Assembly: GCA_951406725.2 (NCBI GenBank) | Contig: OX597817.1 | Span: forward strand, 143,344,001-143,408,000 | DNA from: Octopus vulgaris | Lineage: Eukaryota | Reading direction: 5' to 3' | DNA: 64,000 bases | In this document: positions 41,578-55,147 of the stretch, piece by piece | How the letters are laid out: each line of letters opens with the position of its first letter | Numbering within the stretch: position 1 is the first letter of the stretch | Position numbers and translations under genes: made by a program | Notes under the pieces: generated by a model | Told to the model about the DNA's origin: nothing | What the model saw: only the letters and a program-made list of their open reading frames with translations | Database searches by the model: none

Positions 41578-43010
41578 GATACACACACACACACCCTCAG
41601 GTGTACTGAAAAGTTCCTGACCCCAGCTATGAACTCATTTGCATACAGCCAATCAGAGCTCATCTATCAAACTAACTTATGAGCCCATGACAAGTGATGG
41701 GCGATAAGATAAGGTCACTTGGGTACGGAATGACCATGCTTCTTTCTCTTTTAAGAATGCTTGTTGTTCTTGTTCCTGTTCCAACCATGGCTGCCTCTGC
41801 GTAGTTATTTGTGTTGTTGTTTACTTTGTAAAACAGTAAGGGGAGAGGGTTGCTAGCACATCACCACATTTTCCCCATCCACATCTTTACCATATGGGGC
41901 CCCTAACAAAAATCCGATAATATGTATAGATGCAAATCTACCTAATAACTTCTAAAATCAGGCACAAATTGGCGGCGATCGGTCGACTTACAACACCGTT
42001 CTTCGTCTTGAGTTTACTTGGTAGAGTGTGTTTGTTAACCTGACAACAAGGTCAAGGTGGGCTCTGATTGACTGTATACAAATTCAATTCATTACTAGGG
42101 TCCGGAACTCTCGTGGGAAAAAAAGTTTCGCAGCCCGGTTCGACTGGACCTGTGGTCAAAGGTGACTTCAGCTGTAACCAACGATACGTTATCAATTTCT
42201 TTTTTTTTTTTCCTCCTTAAGACAGCATTGTATGATTTGAAGGGCGATTGATTGTTATTTCTAGCAAGTCAAGTGACTGTGTAGAGGTTTTCTGTTGTCC
42301 CATGTGTTATTTATTACCAACGATAAGTATCTCAGCGACCTCTTCTTTTAACGGAGTTTCCCTTACCAAGGGAGACAACTACTTAACCAATAAATTTATT
42401 TATTTCCCTTACATAAATTTGTAAATTACATTCGTTTTAATAAACACGAAACTAATACTTATATTTTCTAACGGCTTTAGTGAGATAAAGAAGGAACAGT
42501 ATCCGAGACAGAAAGTGTGTATAGGTGTATATATATACGCATATGTTTGTAACCAGTGTGAGGAAATGCCAGCAACAGGATAGATTCCGTCACAGCCAGG
42601 AGTCAGGTGGTGGCGTTAAACAGGGAGACTGATCGAGTTTGCGATTTAAAAAACTGGAACGGTCTGTCTGACAAGCTTCCATACAATTTTTCAACAGTAT
42701 CACCACCATCACCATCACTGCCACCACAACCACCACCATCATCGTCATCATCATTTTACATCGGCTTTCCTGGTTGGCATAAATTGAATGGTTTAACAGG
42801 ATTCGAGTTCGTTCTTATTGAAGTTACAGCTCTTCTGGATGGATCAGAGGACCACGTCTTCCTCAAACACCTCAAAGGTCTCTACAGATGGACGACCTTC
42901 CTAACACCGAACACTTTACCAAGTGTACTAGTTGCATATTTCATCAAAGCACTACGGAGTTTGCTTTCTAACTCTTAAAACTAACTCTTAAAACTTAAAA
43001 CTCTTAAAAT

Positions 43011-43938
43011 GGATCTTTTCTAAAGGAAGGACAGATTTTTCTAGTTAACTAAATAATTTGAAACTTCGTATACTGATAGAATGTGTCAAAGAAAACATTA
43101 ATTTCAACTAGTTTTTTTTTAGAAAAATGTATTTTATAAGTTTAAACGTAGTTTAAATCTGCGAATTTTAACCAATCGTATTGTCTGTTTTGATCTGAAA
43201 TAATTATCTGCATAGTGTTACTGTAACGTAGACAGCTATTTTGTGAAAATTTTAAAGAGTGTGGGTAAGAAGTAAGCAAACTGCTGTGGTAGATGTGGTT
43301 ATCATGGCAGTGGTGGTGTAGTGGTGACAGTGGATGTGTATGATGGCAGCAATTATAGTGTTGGTGTTTTTGTAGAGGTGGTGGTGGTGGTGGTGGCGGC
43401 GGCAGTGGATGATGATGATAATGATAGTAGTAGTGGCATTGATTATGTTAGGATGTCTCATGGATGGTAGTGTTGAAGATATTGCAGAGTGTAGTGGTGG
43501 TGAAATTGGTGATTTTGAATATGATGCTGGTATTGGTCTTGGGGTTGTGGTTGCAGAAGATGGTTGTGGTGGTGGCATTGGAGGTTGTAGTAATGGTTGT
43601 AGTGGTGGTTGTGAAGATGATTCTGATATTGATAGTCTTTGCATTGAGGTGGTGGCAGAGTCAGAGTAAATAATAAGAGCCCAGTTAACACAAGATTCTT
43701 AAATTTCGGAGATCATAAGATAGAGAGCAAGAAGTTAAAAGTTCCAATACTGACCCAATTCCTACACCCCAGATTCTTCAACTATTTTATAAGAAAGGGG
43801 TTAATGGCAGGATAGGGATTCAGCTTAAAAATGAATTGTATAACAAAAAATACATAAATAAATTACTGCTCCAACGATGTAATTTTAGCATGTGTGTATG
43901 TATGTATGTATGTATGTATGTATGTGTGTATGTATGTA

Positions 43939-43974
<36 letters not shown>

Positions 43975-44750
43975 GATCAAAACAGTTTGATTCAAATTCT
44001 GTGGTACTTATATATTCATACATACATATATATGTAGATGTATATAACATATATATATATTGTATGTAAACATCTTTTATATATATATAATGTATGCATC
44101 TATAATACACACACATTATAAATATATACACATATATGCATATGCATTAGAATATGTGTGTATAGGTGTATATATATGCATATGTTTGTATACATGTGTG
44201 TGTAGCTATTTAGGATCTACACAAATTTTATATATACTCCACGAAGTTTGAAAGTGTTTAGTTAGAAAAAATTATTTTTTAAATCTGTAGGTCAAGAGGT
44301 AAAGATCCGGTATTTTAAATTTTTGTTGCATTTCTAATCTTTCTGATGTCTAAGGATGGATATTTATGCGTATGAATCTTTTTATTTTTATTTTGTTTCA
44401 AATATAGTTCTAGGGAACTGAAAAAGCTGTGTACGATGCCAAGCGAATTTAGCTGTTTACGATAAGCGGATGTTTACGTTTTAGCTGTTTACATGTTTAC
44501 GTTAAGTACGTCACAAAATAGCTGATTACGTCACAGTAACAATATGTTGACAGGCAGTAAATGATATGAGGTCAAAACAAAGAATACCATTGGTTAAAAT
44601 TCGAATTATTAAACTACGTTAAACTTAGAAATTACAATTCCGTTTTCAATTTGGTTTACAATTGTTTTCTTTTGACACATTCTACCAGTATACGAAGTTT
44701 CAAATTGTTTACTTAACTAGAAAAATCTGTCCTTCTTTTAGAAAAGATCC
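43011..44750. mobile_element. Inverted ~180 bp termini (ggatcttttcta...tagaaaagatcc), non-autonomous DNA transposon(s)
   Basis: 43011-43195 is a degenerate reverse complement of 44570-44750. Confidence 0.6.
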
Positions 44751-46979
44751 AATAATTACCAGTTATGCACAGGGCTTGATATAATCGACTTAATCCATTT
44801 GTCTGTCCTTGTTTGTCCCCTCAGTGTGTAGCCCCTTGTGAGCAGTAAAGAAATAAGAAACGTTAGCACACCGGGCGAAATGCTTAGCAGTATTTCATGT
44901 GTCTTTACGTTCTGGGTTCAAATTCCGTCAATATATTAAGTACCAGTTTGCATAATGGAGTCGATTTAATCGATTGGCCCCTTCCCCCAAAAAATTTTGG
45001 ACCTTGTGCCAAGGGTAGAAAAGAATATTTGTATGGGAAGAATGCGTGTGAGAGTGCATGTGTGCACATAAATTTGCATATTTATTTCAAAGATGAAGAA
45101 AAACAGGAGAAAGATAAAAGAGTATTATTTATTTTTTCTTTTTTTTTGTGTGATTTTATTTTCTTTTTTTTTTGTCTTTGGCAAATCTGTTTTCCTGTAC
45201 AGCAATTCCACTGAAAATATCTCAAAGAATTCAAAACAAGAGTTTGATATCAATCTTTTCCAGCAGACAATCAGCCTTTTCCAGCCACTCAAACAGAAGT
45301 ATGTGGTCCAGACACACCCAAGCATTCTCATTCATTCTTAAATATACTTAGATTACATATTTCCCTACATACAATCCAATCTTAAGTAGATCAGGTCATA
45401 TCCATTTCCAAAGAAATAATCAGATTAAAATATAATATAGATACATTAACATTGAGTCATTTCTTGTACGTAATCCTAAAGCAAGAAGCTCGTTCAGACA
45501 ATGAAGACTATAATAAGATTTGGTTTAAATAACAAAGAGATAAAGAAGGATATTATGTTAGAGGATTGCTTTATGTAACTTAAACAGCTGATATCATAGC
45601 AATGGAAGCAGGATTTTCCTTCTGCTATCTTCTCTTATTTGCTTCAATCATCGGCCTGTGGCCATGCTGGTGCAATGCCCTGAAATGTTTTAATTGAATA
45701 AATCAACACTGATTCTTTTTATTTTTATATAAGGGGGTGTTGAGAAGGGCGGAGGTAAAAGACATGGACATGGTCTGCACCCCATTTCGGTTTTTTTCTT
45801 GTGAATGGATATGATAGATGGAAACTGAAAGAAGCCCACCATATCATTATCATCATTGTTGTCGTCATTTAACGTCCGTTGTCCATACTGTCATGGGTTG
45901 GATGGTTTGACCAGGGCTGGTAAGCTGGAAGACTGCACCATGCTCCAGTTTGATTTGGCAAGGTTTTCTATGGCTGGATGCCCTTCCTGACACCAACCAC
46001 TCCAAGAGTGTATTGGGTGTTTTTACATGCCACCGGCACAGGTGCCACAACTACAATTTCACTTGACTTCACGAGTTTTCTGTTCAAGCACAACATAATA
46101 CCAAAAGTCTCAGCCATTTGTCATTGCCTATGTGTATGTATGTAGGTGTGTGTGTGTGTGTGTGTTTGTGTCTGTGTGTGTGATTGTGTGTATGTGTGTC
46201 TGTCTGTGTGTGTGTTTGTGTGTCTGTCTGTCTGTGTGTTTGTATGTCAGTCTGTGTGTTTGTCCCCACCAACACTTGACAGCTGGTGTTGGTGTGTTTA
46301 CATCATTGTAACTTAGCAGTTTGGCAAAAGAGACCGATAGAAAATGTAACAGGCTTAAAAAACCATATGAACTGAGGCTGACTCATTTTGCTAAAATTCC
46401 TGAAGGCAGTGCCCCAACATGGTCACTATCTAATCACTAAAACAAGTTAAATATATTATAATATATGATAATTTATCAAACGTTAAGAAACAATATTCCT
46501 CTTTGTTCAACAGAATCAATTCATGTTTTACAGCAAACAAATATAATGGCACTAATTAAATTAGTATGCTGCTAAGTAACTAATTAATTAGTACACCAAG
46601 ATCACATTCTTTTCTGAAAGAATTCTATTCATTTATATCATCATCATCATTTTAACATTCACTTTCCATGCAGGCATGTGTCAGACAGAATTTGTTGAGG
46701 CAGAGCTGGCAGAATCATTAGCATACCAGGCGAAATGCTTAGCGGTATTTCGTCTGTCTTTACGTTCTGAGTTCAAATTACGCGGAGGTCGACTTTGCCT
46801 TTCATCCTTTCAGGGTCGATAAATTAAGTACCAGTTACGCACTGGGGTCAATATAATCGACTTAATCCATTTGTCTGTCCTTGTTTGTCTTCTCTATGTT
46901 TAGCCCCTTGTGGGTAGTAAAGAAATAGGTATTTCGTCTGCCGTTACGTTCTGAGTTCAAATTCAACCGAGATCGACTT

Positions 46980-47272
46980 TCTTCATTTGTTTATTATTGT
47001 TCTTATTTTATCTTATGTCCATTGTCTGGGAATTTCCCATCACACATCCGTGACCTCTTCAGCGATCGTTTCTATCCACATGTATCCTCATGTTCAACCT
47101 AGTCTATTCCCAATGGACTAGGCAAAGCAGGAGGATATGAGTGGATGGACAAGGCAGATCAAAAGAATACATGTGAATGGAAAAGGTCACTGAAGGGGTC
47201 ACAGGTGTGCAATGGAAGATTTCCAGGCAATGAACATACAATAAAATAAGGACAGTAATGAACGAGTAAAGA
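46980..47272. repeat. Degenerate fold-back with ~110 bp arms
   Basis: For example gtgacctcttcag / ctgaaggggtcac and cattgtctggga / ttccaggcaatg. Confidence 0.7.
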
Positions 47273-47324
47273 ATGAATATTTAGTGCATGTGTTTATTTG
47301 GCAAGAAAAAAAAAATGACCAATG

Positions 47325-47722
47325 AGCCGCAGGAGTGGCTGTGTGGTAAGTAGCTTGCTTACCAACCACATGGTCATGGGTTCAGTCCCACTGTGTGGCA
47401 CCTTGGGTAACTGTCTTCTACTATAGCTTCGGGCCGACCAAAGCCTTGTGAGTGGATTTGGTAGACGGAAACTGGAAGAAACCCATCGTATATGTATGTG
47501 TGTGTGTCTGTGTTTGTGTGTCTGTGTTTGTTCCCCCCAACATCACTTGGCAACCGATGCTGATGTGTTTACGTCCCCATAACTTAGCGGTTCGGCAAAA
47601 TAGACTGATAGAATAAGTACTGGGCTTACAAAAATAAGCTCTGGGGTCGACTTGCTCAAATAAAGGCAGTGCTCTAGCATGGCTGCAGACAAATAACTAA
47701 AACAAGTAAAAGAATAAAAGAA
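47325..47722 (+). mobile_element. Full-length SINE family B
   Basis: Matches family B end to end. Confidence 0.85.
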
Positions 47723-48362
47723 TTCTGAAATATAACAATATTTGTTTCAATACACGGTTTCACATCAAGAATCTTACAAAACAAACACATAAATGGAGAG
47801 GGAGAGAGAGAGATATATATAGATAGATAGATAGATAGATAGAGAAAGAGAGAGAGAGAGAGAGAGAGGGAGAGGCGGGGGTGTTAATTACCAGTTACAG
47901 AATAAAACAAAGCATTTATAGGTTATATATTGTTAGCATTTATTTGCTAATTATTAAATCAAATTAATTTAACACCGGTCATTTGCATTTTATCTGTATG
48001 AAACCTTTTGAAGTAAGTCATATCATCACCATTCATTGCTATGTTTGTAAATAGATGTGTGTGAAGTAAGAGCTGTGTGTTTCATAACTTTGTAATTAAA
48101 AAGGGAAGGAAAAAACAGACAGACAGACAGACAGGAAAAGAGAGAGAAAGTGAGGAAGTAAGAGAGCATGAATAAGAAAATAGCATGAATTATTCACAGC
48201 AATTGTCTTTGTATATCTGATAATTATGTGTGTGTCTAGTGTATCGGTGGGGGTATAGTCCAGTTCTGTATCTCTCATAACAAGGGGAAGCCCATGAGAT
48301 TTATAAACCATACAGAGAAATTGACCTATTTGTAAAAAGTACACACATATTTAACCCTTTAA

Positions 48363-49000
48363 AGGTGGCAAGCTGGCAAAATCGTTAGCATGCCGGGCAA
48401 AGTGCTTAGTGGTATTTCATCTGCCGTTACATTCTGAGTTCAAATTCTGCCGAGGTCGACTTTGCCTTTCATCCTTTCGGGGTCGATAAATTAAGTACCA
48501 GTTACGCACTGGGGTCGATGTAGTTGACTTAATCCCTTTGTTTGTCCCCTCTATGTTTAACTCCTTGTGGGCAGTAAAGAAATAAGAAACGTTAGCACAC
48601 TGGGTGAAATGCTTAACCGTATTTCGCCCGTCGCCACATTCTGAGTTCAAATTCCGCTGAGGTTGACTTTGTCTGTTCATCCTCTCAGGGTCAATAAATT
48701 AAGGGCCAATCTAATTGACTGGACACCGCCCCAAAAATTTTGGGCTTTGTGCCTAGAGTAGAAAAGAATATTTTAGGTTCATAAGGCAGCAAGTTGGCAG
48801 AAATGTTAGCATACCAGGCGAAATGCATAGCAGTATTTCGTCTGCCGTTACGTTCTGAGTTCAAATTCCGCTGAGGTCGACTTTGCCTGTTCATCCTTTC
48901 AGGGTCAATAAATTAAGAACCAGATGTGTACTGGGGTTGATCTCATCAACTGGACCCTTCCCCAAAAATTTCAGGCCTTGTGCCTAGAATAGAAAAGAAT
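48363..49000 (+). mobile_element. Cluster of three SINE A copies
   Basis: Junction aaagaaata|agaaacgttagc near 48583; CpG-decayed. Confidence 0.85.
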
Positions 49001-49653
49001 ATTTAACCCTTTAGCATGTAAAGGCACATGGCTTAGTGATCTGGGTATTCAGCATTAGGTCATGAGGTTGTGAGTTCGATTCAGCAGGAGATTTCATTTC
49101 ACATTGCTCTGGGTCACTCAGCTGGCAAAAATGAGGGATACCTGTATTTCAAAGGCCTTTCAAAAGGCCAGCCTTGTCACATTCTGTGTTAAACAGAATC
49201 TCCCTAAGAACTACACTAAGGGTACATGTGTCTGTGGAGCGCTCAGCCATTTGCATGTTAATTCCACAAACAGGTTGTTCCATTCATTGGATCTACTGGA
49301 ACCATCATTGTCACAGCCAACAGATTGCCACTTAAGTATTTATACCAGCCATATCATGCCAAGATTTTCTACCTGTTTTACATTCAAACTGATCAGATCC
49401 AGCCTCTCACACCTACCCTACAATGTAATTCCAAAACTAAGTAATCACATCATCAAAATCTCAAAGCTATGAGATAATGCAGGATTAATTTAAAACAAAG
49501 TACAAGCATGGTTGTGTGGTAAGAAGCTTGCTTACCAGCCACATGGTTCCAGGTTCAGTCCCACTGTGTAGCACCTTGGGCAAGTGTCTTCTACTATAGC
49601 CTCGGGCCAACCAGTCTTGTGAGGGGATTTGGTAGATGGAAACTGAAAGAAGC

Positions 49654-49685
<32 letters not shown>

Positions 49686-49987
49686 GGAGGTTATGAGAGG
49701 TAATGGTGTCATTGAGACCCAAAGGTGTCAGGTAATGCTGAATAAGTGCTATGGATAGACCATAGTTAAGTTCCAGGTTCGGTGATTATGTGAATAGGGT
49801 TCAACGTTGGTCGGATTTTACTCATAAGGCATTGGAATCTTATATATATACCATTCTGCCTAAAAAAAATTGATCTACAAATACAATATCCCTACATATC
49901 TCACATCTATTTTCTTCTATTTCCTCCACTTCATTCTCTATTTTATATCTTATCTAAATTAACTATTCCTTAACCATTTTCTCACAC

Positions 49988-50036
49988 TGCTTCTGATGGA
50001 GAGATATAAAAAATATCCTGGAAACAGCTGTAAGAT
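49988..50036 (+). ncRNA. Degenerate minimal HHR
   Basis: ctt CTGATGG ..gatat-aaaaa-atatc.. GAAACAGCTGTA aga; same family as 58477-58524. Confidence 0.5.
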
Positions 50037-50334
50037 CTTCTATCTATAAATGTTCTAAAATCTACACAGCCTTGGTATTTTATCTCATTACGAAAAATAA
50101 TTATATATATATATATATATATATGTTTATTTGTGTCTGTGTCTGTCACCCCCACCATCGTTTGAAAACTGATGTTGGTGTGTTTACATCCCCCATCACT
50201 TAGTGGTTCAGCAAGAGAGACTGATAGAAAAAAGTACTAGGCTTACAAAGAATAAGGGATACCTGGGGTCAATTTGTTTGACTGAAGGTGATGCTCCAGC
50301 ATGGCTGCAGTCAAATGACTGAAACAAGTAAGAG

Positions 50335-51050
50335 AATTGTACAGTTCTGTATTTAAGAGATGAGGAATTATTTACATTATTTACATTTGTCCCCATCTTG
50401 CTTGTTGTTAATACGTTTCAGCTGATATACCCTCCAGCCTTCATTAGGTGCCTTGGGGAAATTTTGAACATTGGTTCTCATTCCTAAGGTAGTTTTCGAT
50501 GTTGATTTTGTTGTTGCTGTTACTATTACTATTATTATTCAGGTCACTGCCCAGAATTGAACTCAGAATCTTGGTGTTAGTAGCTCGTGCTCTTAACCAT
50601 TACGCCATATCCCCGTGGGCAATTATGGAGTGAATTTTAGGGCTTATAAATCAAATATTCTCCTATCCCTTAATACCGGTTCCCATATGCAGCTTATATC
50701 TGCACCCGGTCTGCTTAGGAGGTTGTTGTGTCCTAGCATATGTGCTGCTTCTTTTAGTTTTCATATTTTCCAGTGGTGTTCTCTGTCTATTATTTTAACT
50801 TCATCCCACAAGGGGAGGTGGTCTCCATTTTTCCATACATGATCAGCTATACCCTATCTATCAATATCTCCCTGTGTCACAGCTTTGTGATGTTCCTCTA
50901 CCCTTATTTTGAGGGGGCGGCATGTTTCGCCTTTGTATAACCTACCACAGCCGCATGGGATGGAGTACACGCAGTTCTTAGTCATATTCTCTTCTATTGG
51001 TGGTTTTATTCGAAGGAGATATTTGCGAAGTGTTGTATTACTCTTGAACC
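50335..51050 (-). mobile_element. Penelope-like element 3' end: GIY-YIG endonuclease, tRNA-like segment and HHR
   Basis: NCVYSIPCGCGRLYKGETCRPLKIRVEEH..IADHVW..LKEAAH; tRNA-like ~50612-50545; CTAATGA a ggctg..cagct GAAAC at 50447-50415. Confidence 0.85.
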
Positions 51051-52074
51051 CAGCTGAAACCACATCTGGCTCTGTAGTACAAATGTCTTGTTTCCATAAG
51101 TTCTGAATTAAAATCTTCCACCAAACCTTAGTCACAATTTATGTTCCTAATACTAGCTTAATGATAACTAAGTTATTTTACTAAATTCTTTGTTATATTT
51201 AAAATTAATTGAAAGAAACATAGAGCATCTCAAAAGAAATACAGTAACAAAAGGGTTAAACAAGAATGTTCTGTTAAAGAGCTAGGGACAGTCTCAGGTG
51301 GATTAGTATGAAAAGAATTAAATTGACAGATTACTAACCTAAGGTTTATTAGTTCAAAACTGACCAGTAGACATTGCCATGGGTCCTAATATTCTAAAGC
51401 CAAGTATTCTAACTGGTTAACCTAACTAAAAATGATTACCTCCCATATTTCACAGCTGAGTGAATTAGCAATACAATGAATATTTTAGAGTACAAAACCT
51501 GCTCCATTTTCATGTAGATTTCCATATTTCAAGAGATGTCTGACCTATTTTCTTTATTTATCTCCGTAATGAGATGTACAGCGATTAAGGAATTCATTAA
51601 TATTCTAAATCAAGAAAAATCTAATTCCCATCTCGGAATAATACTTCGGTTTATCACAGATTTTTTACTCATGGGAAATACGAATGAATTTAAGAAGACA
51701 TCTAATGCAAAATGATAATACAAATAATCACAAAGGAATAAAGACATTGCGAAATTATAAATACACCTGAGTGTGATTGTATATATCATAATCATGATCA
51801 TCATCATTTAACATCCACTTTTCATGCTGGCATGGATTGGACGGTTTGACAGGAGCTGTCTAGGCAGAAGACAGCACCAAGCTTCAGTGTGTGTTTTGGC
51901 ATGGTTTTTATGGCTGGATGCCATTCCTAACACTGACCACCTCACAGAGTGGACTGAGTGTTTTTATGTGGCACCTACACAGGCAAGGGCAGTTTTGGCA
52001 TGACTTTTACAACTGGATGAAAAATTAATCTATTTTCATAATCCTAATAAGAGAAATCACTGATTCATTACAAT

Positions 52075-52633
52075 CAACCCAAAGAACCTTTTGTCAAACA
52101 AGGAAGGGTGGTTTGAATAAAATGCCATATTGTGTGTTTACTGGAATTTCAAAGTGGAGTGTTGCACTTTGAGTTTGTCCCAGATGATCATACTGTAAAA
52201 GCTAACCTTTGATGCTTTGAAAATCCATTACTTGGCATTATTCAATCAAAGGCATACACTGCTACAGCATGACAATGCCCCAGCACACCCTGACAATGGG
52301 ACCAAGCACAAACTTCAGGTTCTTGAAGGGCTAAAAGTGCTACCTCACCCTATCCAGACATTGCACCATTAAATTACCATCTTTTCTGAGCAATGGCTAC
52401 TTTCCTGCACAGACAGAGGTTCGACAACTTGAGTGAGGTTGAAAAGGGAGCAAGGGGTTTTATTGTCTCTAAACCAGCCATCTGGTATTAGCATGGACCT
52501 GAGATTCTGACACAATGATGGCGACTGACAACAGAATATGGTGGCATATATTTTGATGAATAAATGCTTTATGAATGTAATTTGTTTAACAATTAATGCT
52601 TGAAGTATAAAAATCTTTTGACTCAACCTGGTA
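52075..52633 (+). mobile_element. Decayed mariner-type transposon, 3' half
   Basis: LLQHDNAPAH..KVLPHP/PDIAPLNYHLF; terminus cttttgactcaacctgg-TA. Confidence 0.75.
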
Positions 52634-54088
52634 AATATTGGAGGAAGACAAAAATTCACTCCAACAGCAACCAGTGAGAATACCAAATAAATTTCGGCTG
52701 TTTTGAGCCTTTTCAGTGACACATACTCACATCTGGTCACATGTTGAGATGAGAATTTTCTGTGTCCAATATAAGAAACAATTAATAAAACATTCACTGA
52801 TGTTGCAAATAGCTGCCCAGCTGAATAAATAAACAGTATATGTAAGTGAGCCATTATTAAATTACTTCAGTTGTGTATACAGGATTAAATCATTGCTGAA
52901 TTTAGAATCGAAAATAATGACTATTATTGAATCATGGAGAGAAATCATCATCACCACCACCATCATCATAAGAGTAATGGCCTATCAATGGCAGCGGAGT
53001 GCCAGGTTACATGATTAGTGATACTTTAAGTACATGCTTTTAAATTGAGTTCAAGTCCTACCAGGGCAGATTCACTCACTTAATTGACCAGATTATCGGA
53101 TGATGTTATACCCCACTGGCTATGATGCACTTTGCATCATTTTAGCTTTCAAATTATGCCTCCCCAGTGTCTAGGCAAACAGGTCAATGTCATTCCCTGA
53201 CCTGTTCAGAAGGCTTGGCCATCACAAGGTGTACCCATTTACAGCTGAGTGGACTGGGGCAATGCAAAATAAATTTTTTTTACCCAACAACACAGTGCAC
53301 TGCTCGGCCAAAGAATCAAACCCATGATTGCTGGATCCTGAGTGCAACATTCTAACCACTGGGCCATACACCTTCACAGGGTAGATGAAACAAGTACCAG
53401 TAATATACAGGGATATAAGCTCTCCCTTGTAAATATCCACTTTTACACCAATGTAAGCAATCATCATCATCAGAAGAATTGATTTCGTCACTTTAAAATC
53501 ACCAAACTAGAATTACCTGGCATCCAAATGATATACAGGAATTACACCTCAAGTTTGGACACTTTATATTAATTATTCAGTACCTTGGCATTCTGATTGC
53601 AAACCTTCACACACACGGTTCCCAGAGTTGATGAAATTCTTACAAATGATTGAAGCCAATTCTATAACTGACTCTTCCTAAATAGTGCACACAGTCAAAG
53701 GAAATCAATACCATTATACAGAATTTAACTACTCTCACTAATACACATATATATTTGTTTATTGTAGTATGAAACAAAAATATTAATGATATTTCCTAAC
53801 CTTGGCACAGTGCCACACATTATGAGAGAAATTGTAATTGATTTTACTGACTTGCTATTTCACCGATAATTATTTTAACACCAGAATGATTTGAACTCAA
53901 AACAAACTGGAATATAGTAACTAAATACAACAATGTATCTCTCTTTGTAATGTTTTATGTAATTTTAGATAGGGTGATTCAAAGGTAAGTATATCTAAAT
54001 ATGTAACCAAAACTCAACATAAACTTAATCTAAATTTGAACTTAAAAACAAATTGGGATATAATAACTGAATACATCAATATATCTGT

Positions 54089-54460
54089 AATCTATATATA
54101 TAAAGCTGAAGTTGCCTGTGTATGGCAGGTTTTGTAGCCTTCAACTAACACTATCTCCTCCGAGACCCTGCGGTGCAAGTTCACCAAAATTGAGAGTATG
54201 ATAGAAGAAGGCTTGTTCTTCCTTCCATAGAAGAAAACATTCAAATTGAACCATGTTAACACCAAAAATTATTTACATCAAAAAGGTGCTTTTTTTCTAT
54301 GAAAATCCCTATTTTTTACAATTTTTCGCCTGCTGTGTCGCCATTTTTCGGTGTATTTCAACCAGAAAAATGTTCACTCAAAGAGAATACCAAGCTACAT
54401 AATGCAAAATTTTTACTTTTCAAAAATTCCAATTCTAAAGGGTCAAAACAAACCCGAGCA
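54089..54460 (-). mobile_element. Helentron/DINE-like element
   Basis: Reverse complement of 26895-27270. Confidence 0.7.
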
Positions 54461-54469
54461 ACGGTTGAA

Positions 54470-55147
54470 ATACCACTTAGCATTTCATCCAGCATGCTAA
54501 CAATTCTGCCAGCTTACTACCTTTAATAACAACAACTACAAATTTTGGAGAAGGGATAATCCATTACATTGGCCCCGGTACTCAACTGGTACTTAATTTA
54601 TCAACCCCGAAAAGGATGAAAGGTAAAGTCAACCTCAGCGCAATTTGAGCTCAGAACGTAGTGAAGGGCAAAATACTGCTAAGCATTTCATCCAGTGTGT
54701 TAACAATTCTTATTTCTTTATTGCCCATAAGGGGCTAAACATAGAGGGGACAAACAAGGACAGACAAAGGGATTAAGTCAATTACATCGACCTCAGTGCG
54801 TAACTGGTACTTATTTAATTGACACCAAATGTATGAAAGGCAAAGTCGACCTTGGCGGAATTTGAACTCAGAACAAAATAGCAATAAGCATTTCGCCCCG
54901 AGTGCTAACGTTTCTTATTTCTTTATTGCCCACAAAATGCTAAATATAGATGGGACAAACAAGGACAGACAAAGGGATTAAGTCGATTACATTGACCCTA
55001 GTGTGTAACTGGTACTTATTTAATCAACCCGAAAGGATGAAAGGCAAAGTCGACCTTGGCGGAATTTGAACTCAGAACGTAAAAACAGACGAAATACCAC
55101 TAAGCATTTTGCCCGGCATGCTAACAATTCTGCCAGCTCGCCACCTT
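54470..55147 (-). mobile_element. Array of SINE A copies
   Basis: Tail-2|agaa junctions near 54710 and 54915. Confidence 0.8.

Noticed and set aside
43252-43691. Pro/His/Gln-rich ORFs
   Set aside because: Degenerate trinucleotide tract open in several frames, with no convincing splice sites
52369-52854. 161 aa minus-strand ORF
   Set aside because: Largely antisense to the mariner remnant
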